Assembly: GCA_965153355.1 (NCBI GenBank)
Contig: OZ231126.1
Location: forward strand, 40,734,001 to 40,798,000
Source: Flaccisagitta enflata
Lineage: Eukaryota
Direction of reading: 5' to 3'
Length of the DNA stretch: 64,000 nucleotides
Part shown: one piece after another, positions 1 to 17,704 of the stretch
How positions within the stretch are numbered: position 1 is the first letter of the stretch
How the letters are laid out: each line of letters opens with the position of its first letter
Translations under genes and position numbers: made by a program
Notes under the pieces: model-generated
What the model was told of the DNA's origin: nothing
The model's input: the letters and a program-made list of their open reading frames with translations, nothing else
The model's database searches: none

Positions 1-487
1 GCATTTTGTGCAAATGTAGTGAGACCAGAGACTGCCAAAATATACAAAAAGTAACAAGTCATCAAGGACTTGTACATGGTCAGCGGTACCCAATTCCCTA
101 CTTGGAATGATTAGTTTGAGAAGTGGAGTGAGAGCAGGGCAGGGGCCCCAAAGGGACGATGACCTGTAGGACACAGGGGTGAATTTCCTCACATCCGTAC
201 GCCTTGGGAGGTTAGATGTTTGGCTTGTGAGTGAAAATTTGAATCAAAAGAGGTCCGCATACAAGCCTGGGAGTGCTGACTTAGGATCTAAGAGGGGTGA
301 TTTTTGACTAAAAATGGCTGATTTGAGGCCTTAGAAGATTAACTTTATATCTGAGAAAGCCAATTTTGGACCTTAGAGAGATGATTTTAGGTTGTAACCC
401 CTGTGTCCCATAGGACATTGGCCCTTTGGGACCACTGCCAAAAAAGGGGACAGATGGACCAATGGACAAATGCTCTTTCTCTCTGTT

Positions 488-638
<151 letters not shown>

Positions 639-1169
639 CTTTGCACCCTTTCTCGCCTTCATTTGCACACATTTTTCCACTGTAGAATCACGCAGCGCAA
701 ACACTTCTGACAAGAAAAACAAGAAATGAATTGTCGATGATCGTTCTGATTTTCTGCCAAGGATATTTGTATCCATTTCTCGAAATTTTCATTGAAAAAA
801 AAAAATCATTTTGCGAGCTCATTTATCATTTGTTTTGTTAAGTAATTTCACCTTCATTTCCCAGGTCTTGGTCTGATACTTTATTTTTCCAAACTTTAAT
901 CTTGAACTGTGTTTAAAGATGCAGGGAGGAGAGGGGACTATTGTTCATCCGACGATGAAGAGGCAGTGCAGCCTCAGGAAAAAAAGCCACAATTGGAGGA
1001 GCAAACCGGCAAGGTAAAGAATGATCCTGCCCCAGTTCCACAGTGGGAATACCTGTATCACGGAGTACCAGAGTGATGGAGGCGACGTTATTCTCAAATC
1101 CACCCTGCAAATTGCCCATCTGGAACTGACTGAACCCGACGTTGACGACCTAGTGGGGGCTAGGGACAG

Positions 1170-6302
<5,133 letters not shown>

Positions 6303-6700
6303 TTAGTTACAAATATGGGATTTTTTATGATCACTTATGCATAATCCCCAACGCATTCATGATTTTGGTCCGTCAGTCTATAACGCTCATTTACTATCGT
6401 AAACGCTTATTTGCCTGCGCCACATCCCTTAACGTGTCCTATTTGATGGTTGGGTAATAATGTAATTGGTCTAATTGTAATCCCTGACATCTCTTTTGTG
6501 ACTCAAAACGCGTACTGATATTCGCTATCCAGGCGCCTCAATCCTTATTTCGTTATTCGCGGATTTGTTATCACTTCTTTTGTAGTTTTTTTCTCTCAAC
6601 GATCAGTGTTGCGCCTCGTCTTCTCAAATTCATTGTCATTTTTCATTTTTCTTTTGATTTTTCATCTGAAAATAAATAAAAAGGGTAAATTGATACAATA

Positions 6701-9700
6701 TCACAGATTCTTTATTTCCATATTTAAATCGTGCAATGACAAACTTTCTATATGTACAAGAAACTCGTCAAATCTCCCCCCAGACTTTATATAATAGCTC
6801 TTGGTCTGGGCATTAAAGAGACTTAGTTTATTCACTGAGTAAATAATGCCCTTGTTTGCTAGGAATTCCAATTTACAGTTGATAGACACATTCTGAACAG
6901 TGTACCACAGACAGCATGGTCTTTGATAAAAGACGCGAGATTGCACAAGATCTTTCAAATAGTCAGATTCGTGATTGGGACACACTCCCAAATCCTTGAA
7001 ATGACGCTTTTTAAAAAGCCAAAAGTTTTTTGGCAGCTGAGTTGATGTCCAATCTCATTCTTAAATTAAGTATCAAGTATTACAATTGGCCAGGGCTTAC
7101 TTGTGGTCACTATACGCTTAAATGAGTTCAAAGCCATAGATAGAGCCATCTGTATTGGTCCGTAAAAATTCTGTCAAAAACCACGTTTTGAATTGAAGCT
7201 AAAAGTTTAGCATTTTAGCGATGCCAGTGGCAACTAGACTCATATGAATCGCTCTCAGATTGTGCGTTGGATACAAAATGAAAAAGCCTCTTTTGATCAT
7301 TGATCTTAGTTCCATGTGAGAGCAAATGCAATGTTTGCAGTTCTTGTACTTCGACTTCATCCATGATATAGCTTCTTTTGAACCGGGAAGAGTTTAATCC
7401 ATAACAACCGATTGCGTTGTTTATGCAACTTTTGCTAAAACTGACAAATCCCTTTTGATCCTTGTGCTTTTGCAGAGCAGAGAAAAATGGTTCTCTTAAC
7501 TTTGAGAACGGGTTCTTTCCACAAACTTGATATTCAAAGATGGAATCAATTGAAATTACTTCAAAATCGGGCATTGATTCATTTGTCAATAGTTCTCTAA
7601 ATAAGATGGTAGAGACTATTTTCTGTGACACTTCTTAGATCCGTTCAGTCTCTCCCTCTGAGTTTTTGTAGAAAAAAAGGGGTATGTATTCCCAAATTGG
7701 TCCGAGACTTTGGGCCACATTTGGCCGAACATTTTACAAACCCGTTCAAATCTCCCTCTGAAATAGCTTTGACAATCTTCTGCTCGGTCAACTTTCCATA
7801 CTTTGTCAAGGGAAACCGCCCCATTGTCAATTGTTCTACAAATGTAGCAAACTGTATCCCGCTACATTCTTCCCTCAAGGGAATGCCAAAATGGGAGAAA
7901 AAATGTTCTGTATTTGTCAGCCAGAAATACAGAAGGTCGCATTCGTATATGCTCACGACTTTTTTGCCTGTTTTCTCGTACATTAACTGAACTTTTCGCT
8001 CAGTTTCATTGTGTACGTCGTCATAACTCATGTTTTGTTTCATTGGATGAGCGGAGCTTCTCTGTTCATTTGTTTTTAGACGCCAAAGGCGTGGCCTTAA
8101 ACTTTCTCCTGGGTGTTTTTCATCCCTAGGTGCATCGTTGGTCCTGCAGACATCACAGGCCATTTTGTGCTCATCACTGACATTACTAGAATGACATTCT
8201 GTATTATGCGAGTGCATAAAACATCCACAGTATTCAATAAAGACATCAGCGCTCCCGACGTCCATCACCACACAAAAAGAAACCAAACTTTTTTACATTC
8301 TTTTTAAGCACAGAGCGCGTTTTATAGACTCCTGAGGAGCCGCAGCTCACTCCTCAATAGCGTTAATCACCATGTTACTGAACGTTTTCCCTCTCCTACT
8401 TCGCTTGGCTACAAAGTATGTGCCTTCTTTTGCATATTCTCTCGGCAAGCCCGTTAGTAAAAACCTTTGAGAATCTGACATGTATATTGATGAGTAGTAC
8501 TTTTCCATGTCAATGGCGATGGCACTTTTCAAAGTGCCATCAATGTCAATCGCTGTTTTCTTCGCATTTAACAGTCCGCATGATATATAATTGGTATCCA
8601 CTTCATTGTAAAATGCTTCAGATGGGGAATAGAACATGTTCTTCTGAATTTCTGTTAGACAATTGCCAGAAAGAACTCGACCTACCCTGGTAGCGCTCTC
8701 GTAACCAACTATGTTCAGATTTAAATCATTTTTAAAATTTTGAACACAATTTTCAAAGAGTTGAAACTGATTGATTTCGGCTACCTTATCAGAGAAGCAG
8801 GGAGCGAAGTTATTTAACATTATAAATTTCACTGGGTATTTCTTAACATTTACTGTCTTCAACATATTTTTCTCAAATCTTGTGCTTATGTCCTCTGATT
8901 TGTGGACACAGCTTAACTGTGAAAGCAGCTCGCACATGAAAGAACTTGGCAATCTACAATCTGTAGTGCCAACCGAGACATAATAGTCGTACGTTCCCAG
9001 ATAGTTTAAACGTCCATTTTGATTGCTTTCAATTTGGTCAACTTTATTGTGTCAATATTGTTCTTGTCTCAACTGGCGTACTATTTAACATTGATTCAAG
9101 CTCTCTTAGGAACATCACATTACTTCCCATACGCTCTCCAAGAACATGAACACTGCACAGTGCTCCAAATTTTATGACATAATTTACACCCTCTTTAAGG
9201 GTAGCAAATTCCTTTTTTGTTGTGAGGCTGTCATTGTTTTTCAACTTTGTTTTCATCACAACTGAGACGGGTCCCGACCTTGTCCCATTTACCAAAATGT
9301 GACCATACTTTAAATCTCGAGTAATTGGGGCATTTTTCAATTCCTCTATATCCTCCACACATTTCTCCAAAGAATATTTAAAATGTACCAACTTTTCTCC
9401 ACCAAATCTTTTTTTTTCACAATCTTTCTTAACGCGATGTTCCATCAAATTAGTTTTGGTGGCAAAGCACCGTCCACAGTGCACACACTGGTATTTTTTC
9501 ATGTATGCATCCAAATCTGTGATAATGTTTACATGATTATTGTTTTTTTGTCAAAAAATATACTACAATCTTTGTAATTACCATTGAGACAAATTTTATT
9601 TAAAAAGTTTTTTTCATGTTTTCAGTTTTTTCTATTGAATCATACATGATTTTTTTCATTCCAACTTCTTTTTCATGTATCAAGACAATGTTTGACTCCA

Positions 9701-10482
9701 AATAACGCTCTAACAATGGCAAATATTCTTCTGGCAGTCCTTTATCTGCCTTCCATTCAGTATATGGGTGACCCTCATTTTTTTTAGCCACCAACCATTT
9801 CTTAAACCCATTTTCCAATTTCATGGCAATTCTTTTTTGAGGAGTGCCCATCTTTTTTTTGTCTCACATTTCTTTTTTCAATCTTACGTCCTTTCACTGT
9901 GTACACACAACTTAGAATCAGCCATACACATTTATTTTGTTGGCAGTTTTCCTCACTTTTACATTTGTTTTTGCTAATTCCCCAATCAATGTACCAATGA
10001 TCATTGCCAAATATTCTTCCACTCTCCATTGTGATGTGAAACACAAGAGTCATAGGACAGACAAGTCCATCATCGTAGTTTTTCTCCAATTCTATCACAG
10101 ATATCTCTAAAGAGGCTAAGAGATTGTATTGTCTTAGTATGACATCGAAAAAGTGTGTAAAGGTTTGTTGATTATGGATCAAAAAACTAACCGGCAAAGC
10201 CTGGTTATTGCTCCTCGAGGCCCAGATAAAATTCTGAGTCTGATTTACCAAAGAGATTATGGCTATTGATGGGCTGAAATTCACTCTCCACGCTTTTCTT
10301 TTTTTTATGAAATGCTCATGAAATATGCCCTTTAAGTACCGAAACAAAAATGGGCAAAAATCAAGGGTTGCAGGCCAGAAGTTAAGTATCGTTGGATCTG
10401 GCCTTTGAGATGATAGTCTAAATGATACTTCTGAGCATATCATATTAGATGAGAGAGTTACTTGATTCCTCACATTTCCCAA
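6701..10482 (-). pseudogene. Protein-primed family-B DNA polymerase (Polinton/Maverick type), multiply frameshifted
   Basis: Collinear fragments 10482-9802, 9851-9600, 9514-9044 (zinc finger YQCVHCGRCFATKTNLMEH), 8952-8347 (motif A-like IAIDMEKYYSSIYM), 8286-7645 (endonuclease-like insert IEYCGCFMHSH...VVSIYECD), 7631-7215 (motif B-like KSCINNAIGCYG), motif C-like LRTNTDGSIY (NTDG at 7156-7145), 6991-6701 (CKLEFLANKGIIYSVNK). Confidence 0.85.
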
Positions 10483-11035
10483 TGGTCCCTTGCTAAATCG
10501 AATAACTCTGGGGAGAAATCATTTATAGCTACAGAGCTATTCGAGTCACTGTGGATTACAGAGTTGATTTGGTCGTTTGTTAATGCACTCATTTTTAGCG
10601 TTTTGGCGCACTGTGCATTTTTTTTTCAGAAACAAACGTCAAACGGCGAAAACGATCTTAGAGAAAACGAATGGCGATGCCAAAGTCTCCTTTCCAACTG
10701 GAGTCAATAAAGTTCATCATGGTGAGAATTTTTACTTTTTTTCATTCATGTCATATATGATAATAAAACAGTGAATTCACTTCAATTAAAAACTTCAAAT
10801 TCCAATGTGGTAGGGTTATATTTTTAATCCATTTTACATTTAGAAAAAGCACATTTATATACAGTTATACTAATCTGTTATATAAACAATTGGTCCAGAA
10901 TGGTCATTCCATTTGAATAGTTTTCCCAATGCCATCTTTCCATCTCATAGATATCCCTCAACCTGCCGCATTTCTCTTCGATGCTCGCACAATAAGCCTT
11001 TATTGTCCTTATTCCTGAAAAATGACCAACGATTA

Positions 11036-11284
11036 TCATTTTCTGCTTAGTTTCCGTTGGGCCTCTACCACAAGAGCATCTAGTCCGCACCGGCTTTTTC
11101 CGCGCTTCCCACGGCCAATAACGACTTCTTTCCGCTTCCGCCTTCGCGAACGACGAGAACGTTTGGACTTCTTAGATCGACTGCGACTTCGACGTTTATG
11201 CCCACGGCGACGCTTTTTTCTCATTCCTCTTAAATGGTTAGCACGTAAAAATCTCCCGCGCTTATCTCTCCTAGCCTTCGCCAT
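11036..11284 (-). CDS. Small Arg/Lys-rich protamine-like protein, putative virion core/DNA-condensing protein
   Basis: MAKARRDKRGRFLRANHLRGMRKKRRRGHKRRSRSRSKKSKRSRRSRRRKRKEVVIGRG..., mixed codons rather than a microsatellite; lies between capsid and polymerase on the same strand. Confidence 0.65.
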   Translation of the reverse strand: MAKARRDKRGRFLRANHLRGMRKKRRRGHKRRSRSRSKKSKRSRRSRRRKRKEVVIGRGKRGKSRCGLDALVVEAQRKLSRK

Positions 11285-11338
11285 ATGTTTGCTTTTGTGA
11301 TGCTTTTCCAACTTAGGGTAAACAAAATCGTAAATAAT

Positions 11339-13997
11339 TTAAAAACATATATAAGATGTCATACAGCAACAAGTGTGTACTAGATAGTAAAGACAATACA
11401 ATTCCAAATTTCGAGGCGCGCATGTCACTACTGCTCGCTCAAATGAAGCAATCTGGATAACCACGTTGCTACTCAAGGCCGAAGAAAAGCGCAAGCGAAA
11501 ATCGAGAGCCTGTATGTATTGAGAGGGGTAGGGCGAGGTGGGGCAGGGCAGGAGCAATAAAACCTTTGACAACAATTAAATCAGTTGGTCCACTATTCAC
11601 TCAACTATATCATTAACATGTACCGCGGTAGTGGTGAGGTTCAATCCATCTGGATCATCCATCAACTTTGATGGCGTTTGTTTGAACGAAATGACGAATA
11701 GAAATAAATCTTTGTTGAAACTGGTCATCAATAAAGCATTATAATCAGATTAGACACAGCCGGATACACAACTACCCCAGTCGCGTATGGGTGGGCAGGG
11801 GCCATATCCAAGGTCCCTTCATCATTTGGGTAGGAGCAGTGAGGCCAAAACCTGGAAAAACTAAAAATGTAAGATGTGACGACAGATCGACATATGGACC
11901 GGCTAAACGACCAACGGACGGATTGACCAACAAAGCGGTGGTGAGTCAGCACGCGACTGGGCGTTAACAACTCATAACTTTATACCGCTTTCGAGAGATG
12001 CTCTTTGATGCATTGGGAAAATTTTGCAGCATTTGCTTGTAGAGATAATCCACCGCATATGAGTTTTCATCGGTCAAATCCATATTCGACAAAATCTCAT
12101 TTTGAGGCATGCCAACTCCATTTTTGAATACTTGCAAATCAGCCAGACCCTCATGGGTGTACCAAAACCTATATCAATTTTCCAAATTACTCATGGTTGT
12201 ACCAAAATCTATATCAATTTTCAAAATTACTCATTCTCACCAAATTTACCTATTTTTGTAGTTGCCAAGAAACTCAGCTTCCTTCTGGAACATGACAATC
12301 AATATCTCAGGCAGTTTGGCAAATTGACAGGCGTTGCTTAGAGAGTAGAGCTGTAAAGGGCAAGTCAGTGGCAGTGCAGTATATCTAAAAATCTGTCTCT
12401 CTCTCTCTCTCTCTCTCTCCGTCTGCCTTCGTCTATCTCCGTCTGCCTCCGTCTGTCTCTGTCTATCTATATGCCTATCTCTTTATCTTTCTCTTTCCCC
12501 AACCCAAACATGCACCAACTCTCCCACTCACACTTACACTACTCCCACTTTGGAGGGTAAAGTGCCTTATTTTGTCAATTGGAATTACACGCTCCAATTT
12601 TTCACTGTTCACGAGCTAATACCAACTGTTGCGAACGTTTGTCTCCAACTTGTAATAAGTTAGGCTCACCTTGGCGTTCTCAAGGAACATTTCATACTCG
12701 CTGGTATCAGATTCTTCTTTTATGAAGATTTTGGATGAAGGAAACATTTCCATGGATACCTCAACCACTCTTTTTTGTGGAATTAAAAAAGGGAGACTGA
12801 AGTAGCGCGAGAGAAAGGACAAGGGCACATGGAAAGAATGTCCACTAGACTTGCCACATTTCTTGAGAAGTAACGCCCTCTCGTAAAGCCCTATTTAAAT
12901 AACAAAACAGATCATAATTTGTACCATGCCTCATCACTGAATACCTTACACTTATCTCTTTGTCTTTACTTATTCATACCTTTGTTCCAATTTTTCTTTT
13001 TCAAGCTAAAGGCTTTCATTTGGGCAGCGGTACGCTTTGTGCCACTTGCTATTATAGCATCATAATCCAAAACACCACACTGACCATTGCCGGCTCCTAT
13101 TTAGAAATACCTCATATAGCAAATCTATGGCAATATCAAATCTTCCTCAATAACAATTCTTTTAATTATTGTAACCCTCAATAGCGTACCTGGAATTTGG
13201 TAAAAAAGGCAGAAACAGCGGGAACAATCACATACACAGATTTTGTCCTGCGTGCTGTCTGACGATGCTGTTACCAATAAAAAAATCATTGATTTTTAAA
13301 TTTTAACATTATTTCAAGCACTATCACACAATACCCAATACCCAATACCCAATAAACAATGCCCAATACCCAATACCCAATACCCAATACCCATTGCCCA
13401 ATACCCAGTACCCATTGCCCAAATAGCCTACTACCTATTGCCCAATACCCTTTACCCAATACCCAATACCCAATATCCAATACCCAATACCCAATACCCA
13501 ATACACAATACCAACAATTAACAATTTAATGTCTAATACCCAATACTCACATGCATTCCCCTCAGTGTCCTCTCTAAAACCAGCTCCAAACAGATGTATT
13601 TCCCTCCACTCTGGTGTGTAGTCCAGCATCAAACGCAAAAAGAGGAGATGCGCAGAATATCGCTCATTTTCAAACGCTTCCTCCCCCGCCACCAATACTT
13701 TAACCGTCTCTAAAATCAATATCGCCAAAAAGTTGACACAGGAAATCTGATCTGTCTCCGCATATTCCCCTCCATCTTTTTTCAATTTCAATGAAAATAT
13801 CAACTCCGATTCAGGCCCATAAAGTTCAGAGGGCAGAGTTGGGGGCAACTGAAAGTTCATTTTTTTGCGTTTTTCAAGCTATTTGAGGGGGCAATTTCAA
13901 CTCGGTGAGATCCAACAATTCCAGCGTAATTTGGGGGAAGCAATGATATCTTGCAGATATTTGGAACGCTTATCTCACTGTCAACCAACATTTCCAT
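11339..13997 (-). pseudogene. Spliced Polinton/Maverick-type double-jelly-roll major capsid protein, ~515 aa, one frameshift and one premature stop
   Basis: Exons 13997-13551, 13267-13190, 13096-12980, 12890-12538, 12350-12250, 12168-11986, 11720-11624, 11509-11339, all GT-AG and phase-compatible. Ordered MCP-like segments: LLPPNYAGIVGSHRVEIAPSNSL, LKKDGGEYAETDQISCVNFL, LMLDYTPEWREIHLFGAGFREDTEG, NKGLYERALL, KLPEILIVMFQKEAEFLGNYKNRF, FNKDLFLFVISF, LDFRLRFSSALSSNVVIQI. Frameshift in A-run near 13861-13866; in-frame TAG at 12618-12616. Confidence 0.88.
13330..13546. repeat. 7-bp tandem repeat (TACCCAA)n in capsid intron 1
   Basis: Degenerate array seen directly between donor 13550 and acceptor 13268. 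Confidence 0.9.
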
Positions 13998-14162
13998 GAT
14001 TCCGTTGTGTATTTTGATAAGGCCTGAAATGTTAAAAAATACAATAATGGGTATGTTAACCGATTTAATACCATTTACATTGCAACAACCATCACAGCAA
14101 ATTTTACATAAATTGCAAATGGGGTACTGTAAGTCTACACAACCATCTTTTCATGCATTTAT

Positions 14163-14732
14163 TCATTCTTTTTTGAATGAATAGAGATTGTTGTTTAATT
14201 TGTATGTGCCAGATTCCACCCGCCTACGAAGGACCGCTCCTAGACGTCGTTGCAGATATTTGGTCGGCTGAAGCGAAAAGTTCCTCAGCAAGAACTCTTG
14301 GATGAACGAACGTCCCACTCCAATCTCGTGTCCCGCCAAAATGGCCTGGTCGACAAACCCCTCAAATTGATGCGCGGTAACGACGTCCCTCTTGGATCGA
14401 TCTTCCTCCAAAGCGCTGTTACTCAATCGGGTCCCGGTCAGGCGCTCCTGAAGACGGCTACATGGCGCGCGAATGCTTTGCAACTGTGCATCCATCATAT
14501 CCAGCCTCTCCTCCACCAACGCACTGGACACCTTCGCGCATCCTCCTGCTACGCCTTCAACATCTTCGTCGTTGCTCTCAATTGGAGTTTCATTGTTGCT
14601 CTGATCATCTCTATCGTTACTCCCATCGTCTTCGTCGTAGCTCGACAAATCCTCGTCCATCAAATTCTTGGTTTTTTCATCGCCGTCTCCAACGCTAATC
14701 ATCTTTTCTCCCTGGACGTTTTCCTCCATCAT
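14163..14732 (-). CDS. 189-aa protein: acidic N-terminus, possible coiled coil, C-terminal linker-histone H1/H5 (H15)-like winged helix
   Basis: Intact ATG ORF; FEGFVDQAILAGHEIGVGRSFIQEFLLRNF...LGAVLRRRVESGTYKLNNNLYSF follows the helix spacing of the H15 globular domain (AI..., GxSR.aI..yi, aLk..V.sG, SF). Confidence 0.65.
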   Translation of the reverse strand: MMEENVQGEKMISVGDGDEKTKNLMDEDLSSYDEDDGSNDRDDQSNNETPIESNDEDVEGVAGGCAKVSSALVEERLDMMDAQLQSIRAPCSRLQERLTGTRLSNSALEEDRSKRDVVTAHQFEGFVDQAILAGHEIGVGRSFIQEFLLRNFSLQPTKYLQRRLGAVLRRRVESGTYKLNNNLYSFKKE

Positions 14733-15093
14733 AAGGTCAGTTTTTCACTTTTTTTTTTGATTTTCTAATGTGTCAATCAAATTATAAATTGTGAGGTACA
14801 TCAATCATTTTTAGGTGCGACAAACCGCCTCTATAACTGGCTCTGTCCGTCGGTCGGTAGGTTGGTCGGTCACGCAATCTTATTACAATTTTTATATAAT
14901 CCCAACATTTACTACCACATACAAAACCACGCTTTCAGTCCATTTTCCAATGAGTATAGCCTTGCTCCGCATCCCTTTAGTCCATCCCAAATTCTTCAAA
15001 ATATTGTTTCAACAATTCCCTCTTACCTTCTTTCTTCATTTTGCCGCTTTTTTTCTTTCTTTTTTTTTCCTCTCTTATCTTTCTACTGACAGC

Positions 15094-15402
15094 TTACATT
15101 CTATCAAATGGCTTGTTTTTGGCGTAGCAGTCTCCCCATGTCGCTTCACCGCATTCCCCCTTGCAATTTTTGCTCAGGGTTGCCAGTTCCAACCGAATGA
15201 CTTCTTGACGATCCGTTGCTTCTTCCGCATGCCCATTTTTTCCATTGTCATTCTTGACCTTTTTTACGCCAACGTTGACCTTCTTCTGCTTTCTGCCATT
15301 GAGCCTGATCTTTGATGGACTGCCCTTTTCCATACTTGCTTCACCGACCTTTGTCCACGGCCCATAGATCATCAAATTGCAACTTTCAAAGCAGTTGGTC
15401 AA
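15094..15402 (-). CDS. Hypothetical Lys-rich protein, possibly a spliced or decayed viral gene
   Basis: Non-repetitive ORF co-oriented with the viral genes; its stop falls in a GTAAG donor-like site near 15097; no recognised motif. Confidence 0.3.
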   Translation of the reverse strand: MTNCFESCNLMIYGPWTKVGEASMEKGSPSKIRLNGRKQKKVNVGVKKVKNDNGKNGHAEEATDRQEVIRLELATLSKNCKGECGEATWGDCYAKNKPFDRM

Positions 15403-15781
15403 AATTCAACATCTTTTGGACCAAAATCTGGCGTTTTCTAGTCATTATATATGTTATTACAAGTAATTCAGCAAAAAAATTGATACGAATTTGTACCTCA
15501 AACAAAAGTTATTGACATTTTTTCAGAAAATAAAAAATGGAAAAAAGTCTCTCTTCCTTCCATTCTTTTCCAAATGTCCCCTTAAAACTTTGCAGCACAT
15601 CTCATTTTAATTTACTGACATCAACAATACAAGAAGTTTTGTCTGTCCGTTCATCCATTTGCCCATCTGTCCATGCGTCCGTAAATGCGTCCGTCCATGT
15701 GTCCGTCCATACGTCCTTCCCTCGGTCCATCCATTTGTTTGAATTTTCAGAACCCATGAGTCCAAAAGTGCGAAAAGACGT

Positions 15782-15860
<79 letters not shown>

Positions 15861-15863
<3 letters not shown>

Positions 15864-16188
15864 GGTGGCAGAAACAGGGGCACACTTGGCACATTGTGCC
15901 TCGGAACTATAGCGCAAAAGTCGGACTTATAGATTTGATAATGGTAAAAAATTGGGGAAAAGAAGAAAAAAGTAGGCGGAAAATGGAAAAATCAGAAGGA
16001 TAAATAGGGTATTAGTTTTGATCACTTTTACTTTTGTTGTGGGAACTCTTACTTTCCATGAATTGAAAAAGAAAATGCAGAAAACTAGTGGTGTTATGCA
16101 ATATTTTCATAATAATAGTTGATCTTTGAAAGTCGGACTTATAGTGCTGCGAAAACTTGTGCCTTGGACCTATAGAATTTTCTGCCAC

Positions 16189-16192
<4 letters not shown>
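15861..16192. mobile_element. MITE inserted in a (TG)n tract
   Basis: 14-bp TIR CAGGGTGGCAGAAA (15861-15874 / 16179-16192); (TG)n on both sides. Confidence 0.75.
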
Positions 16193-16287
<95 letters not shown>

Positions 16288-16879
16288 TGTAACCCTGCGT
16301 GGATAACTTGTTAGTCTCTCTAGCTCTACGTAAATTTATCTTGTTCCATTCTTATTTCTTTATTTCTTTTTCTCTGCCGTTATCCTGCTTTCTCTCACTC
16401 CAATTCCCAATCAAGCAAAGCAGGGCAACGGGTACCGCAAACCAAATATTACCCTTGGGTGACCTGTTTAACCTTCCATCCCTTTTTGGGCAGCAGCCCC
16501 AAAGGGGTCGATGACCTATGCTTTAACACATATCGGAATTTTCTCCTCCTCCTCCTTCTCCTTCTTCTCCTTTGTACCCCCCCCCCCCCTCCTCTCAGCC
16601 TCCAGACCCATATCTCAGCCTCAAGGCCCATATCCCAGCCTCATGCCCAAATCCAAGCCTCGAGGCCCAAATCCCAGTCTTGAGGCCCAAATCCCACTCT
16701 TAAGGCCCAAATCCCAACCCCAAGGCCCGTATTCCAGTCTCTAGGGATTTGGGCCTCAAGACTAGAAGGATTTGGGCCTCAGGCTAGGATATGGGCCTCC
16801 AGGCTGTGCTCAGCTTGGAGGAGTTTTGAGGGGAGAAAGGAGTGCGGAGGAAAGAAGGAGCACGGAGAAAATTCCACAT

Positions 16880-16911
<32 letters not shown>

Positions 16912-17587
16912 GCTTGCCCCCATGAACAGAGGAATCAGATCCCCATCCAGACTGAGAAACGCATTTTGATTGAGGTGCTTTCACATCGGTATGAGAAATT
17001 TAAAATAGTCGCAAAAAAGCGTTAGATGGTCAGCGGTACCCGTTGCTATGTGGTATATGTGGGTGAGGTGGTTGGGGCAGCGGCCCCAAAGGGCTGACCT
17101 ATTAGTAAGTTTCTGGGATTTAGGTTGGGATTTGGGCCTCAAGGCTGGGATTTGGGCATCCAGGCTGGAATATTGGCCTTTAGGCTGGGGGTTTAACTCA
17201 AGGCTGGGTTTTGGGCCTCAAGGCTGGAATTTTGGCCTATAGGCTGGAATTTGAGCCTCAAGCCTGGAGTTTGGGCCTCAAGGCTGGGATCTGGGCCTCA
17301 AAGCTAAGTTTTGGGCTTCAAGGCAAGGTTTTGGGCCCCAAGGCTAGGATTTGAGCCTCAAGGTTGGGTTTTGGGCCCCAAGGCTAGGATTTGGGCCTCA
17401 AGGCTGGGATTTGAGCCTCAAGGCTGGGATTTGAGCCTCAAGGCTGGGATTTGGACCTTGAGGCTAGGATTTAGGCCTCAAGGCTGGGATTTGGGTCTCA
17501 AGGCCAGGGTTTGGGCCATGAGGCAGGGGGGGGTACGGACGGAGGAGGAGGAGAAATTTCTGCATATGTGAAAGCATAGGTCATCGG

Positions 17588-17653
17588 CCCCTTCAGGGGC
17601 GCTGCTAAAGATGCAAACAAACAAACCCACACGCAAGCATAGCAACACACACA

Positions 17654-17704
<51 letters not shown>

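Noticed and set aside
8330-8350. GTGAG...CAG micro-intron as the explanation for a polymerase break
   Set aside because: Only ~19 nt, far shorter than the other introns here; a frameshift or stop is more parsimonious.
13330-13546. (TATTGGG)n as telomeric repeat or element terminus
   Set aside because: Degenerate, and lies inside a capsid intron with coding exons on both sides.
14250-14768. 172-aa plus-strand ORF
   Set aside because: Antisense shadow of the H15-like gene.
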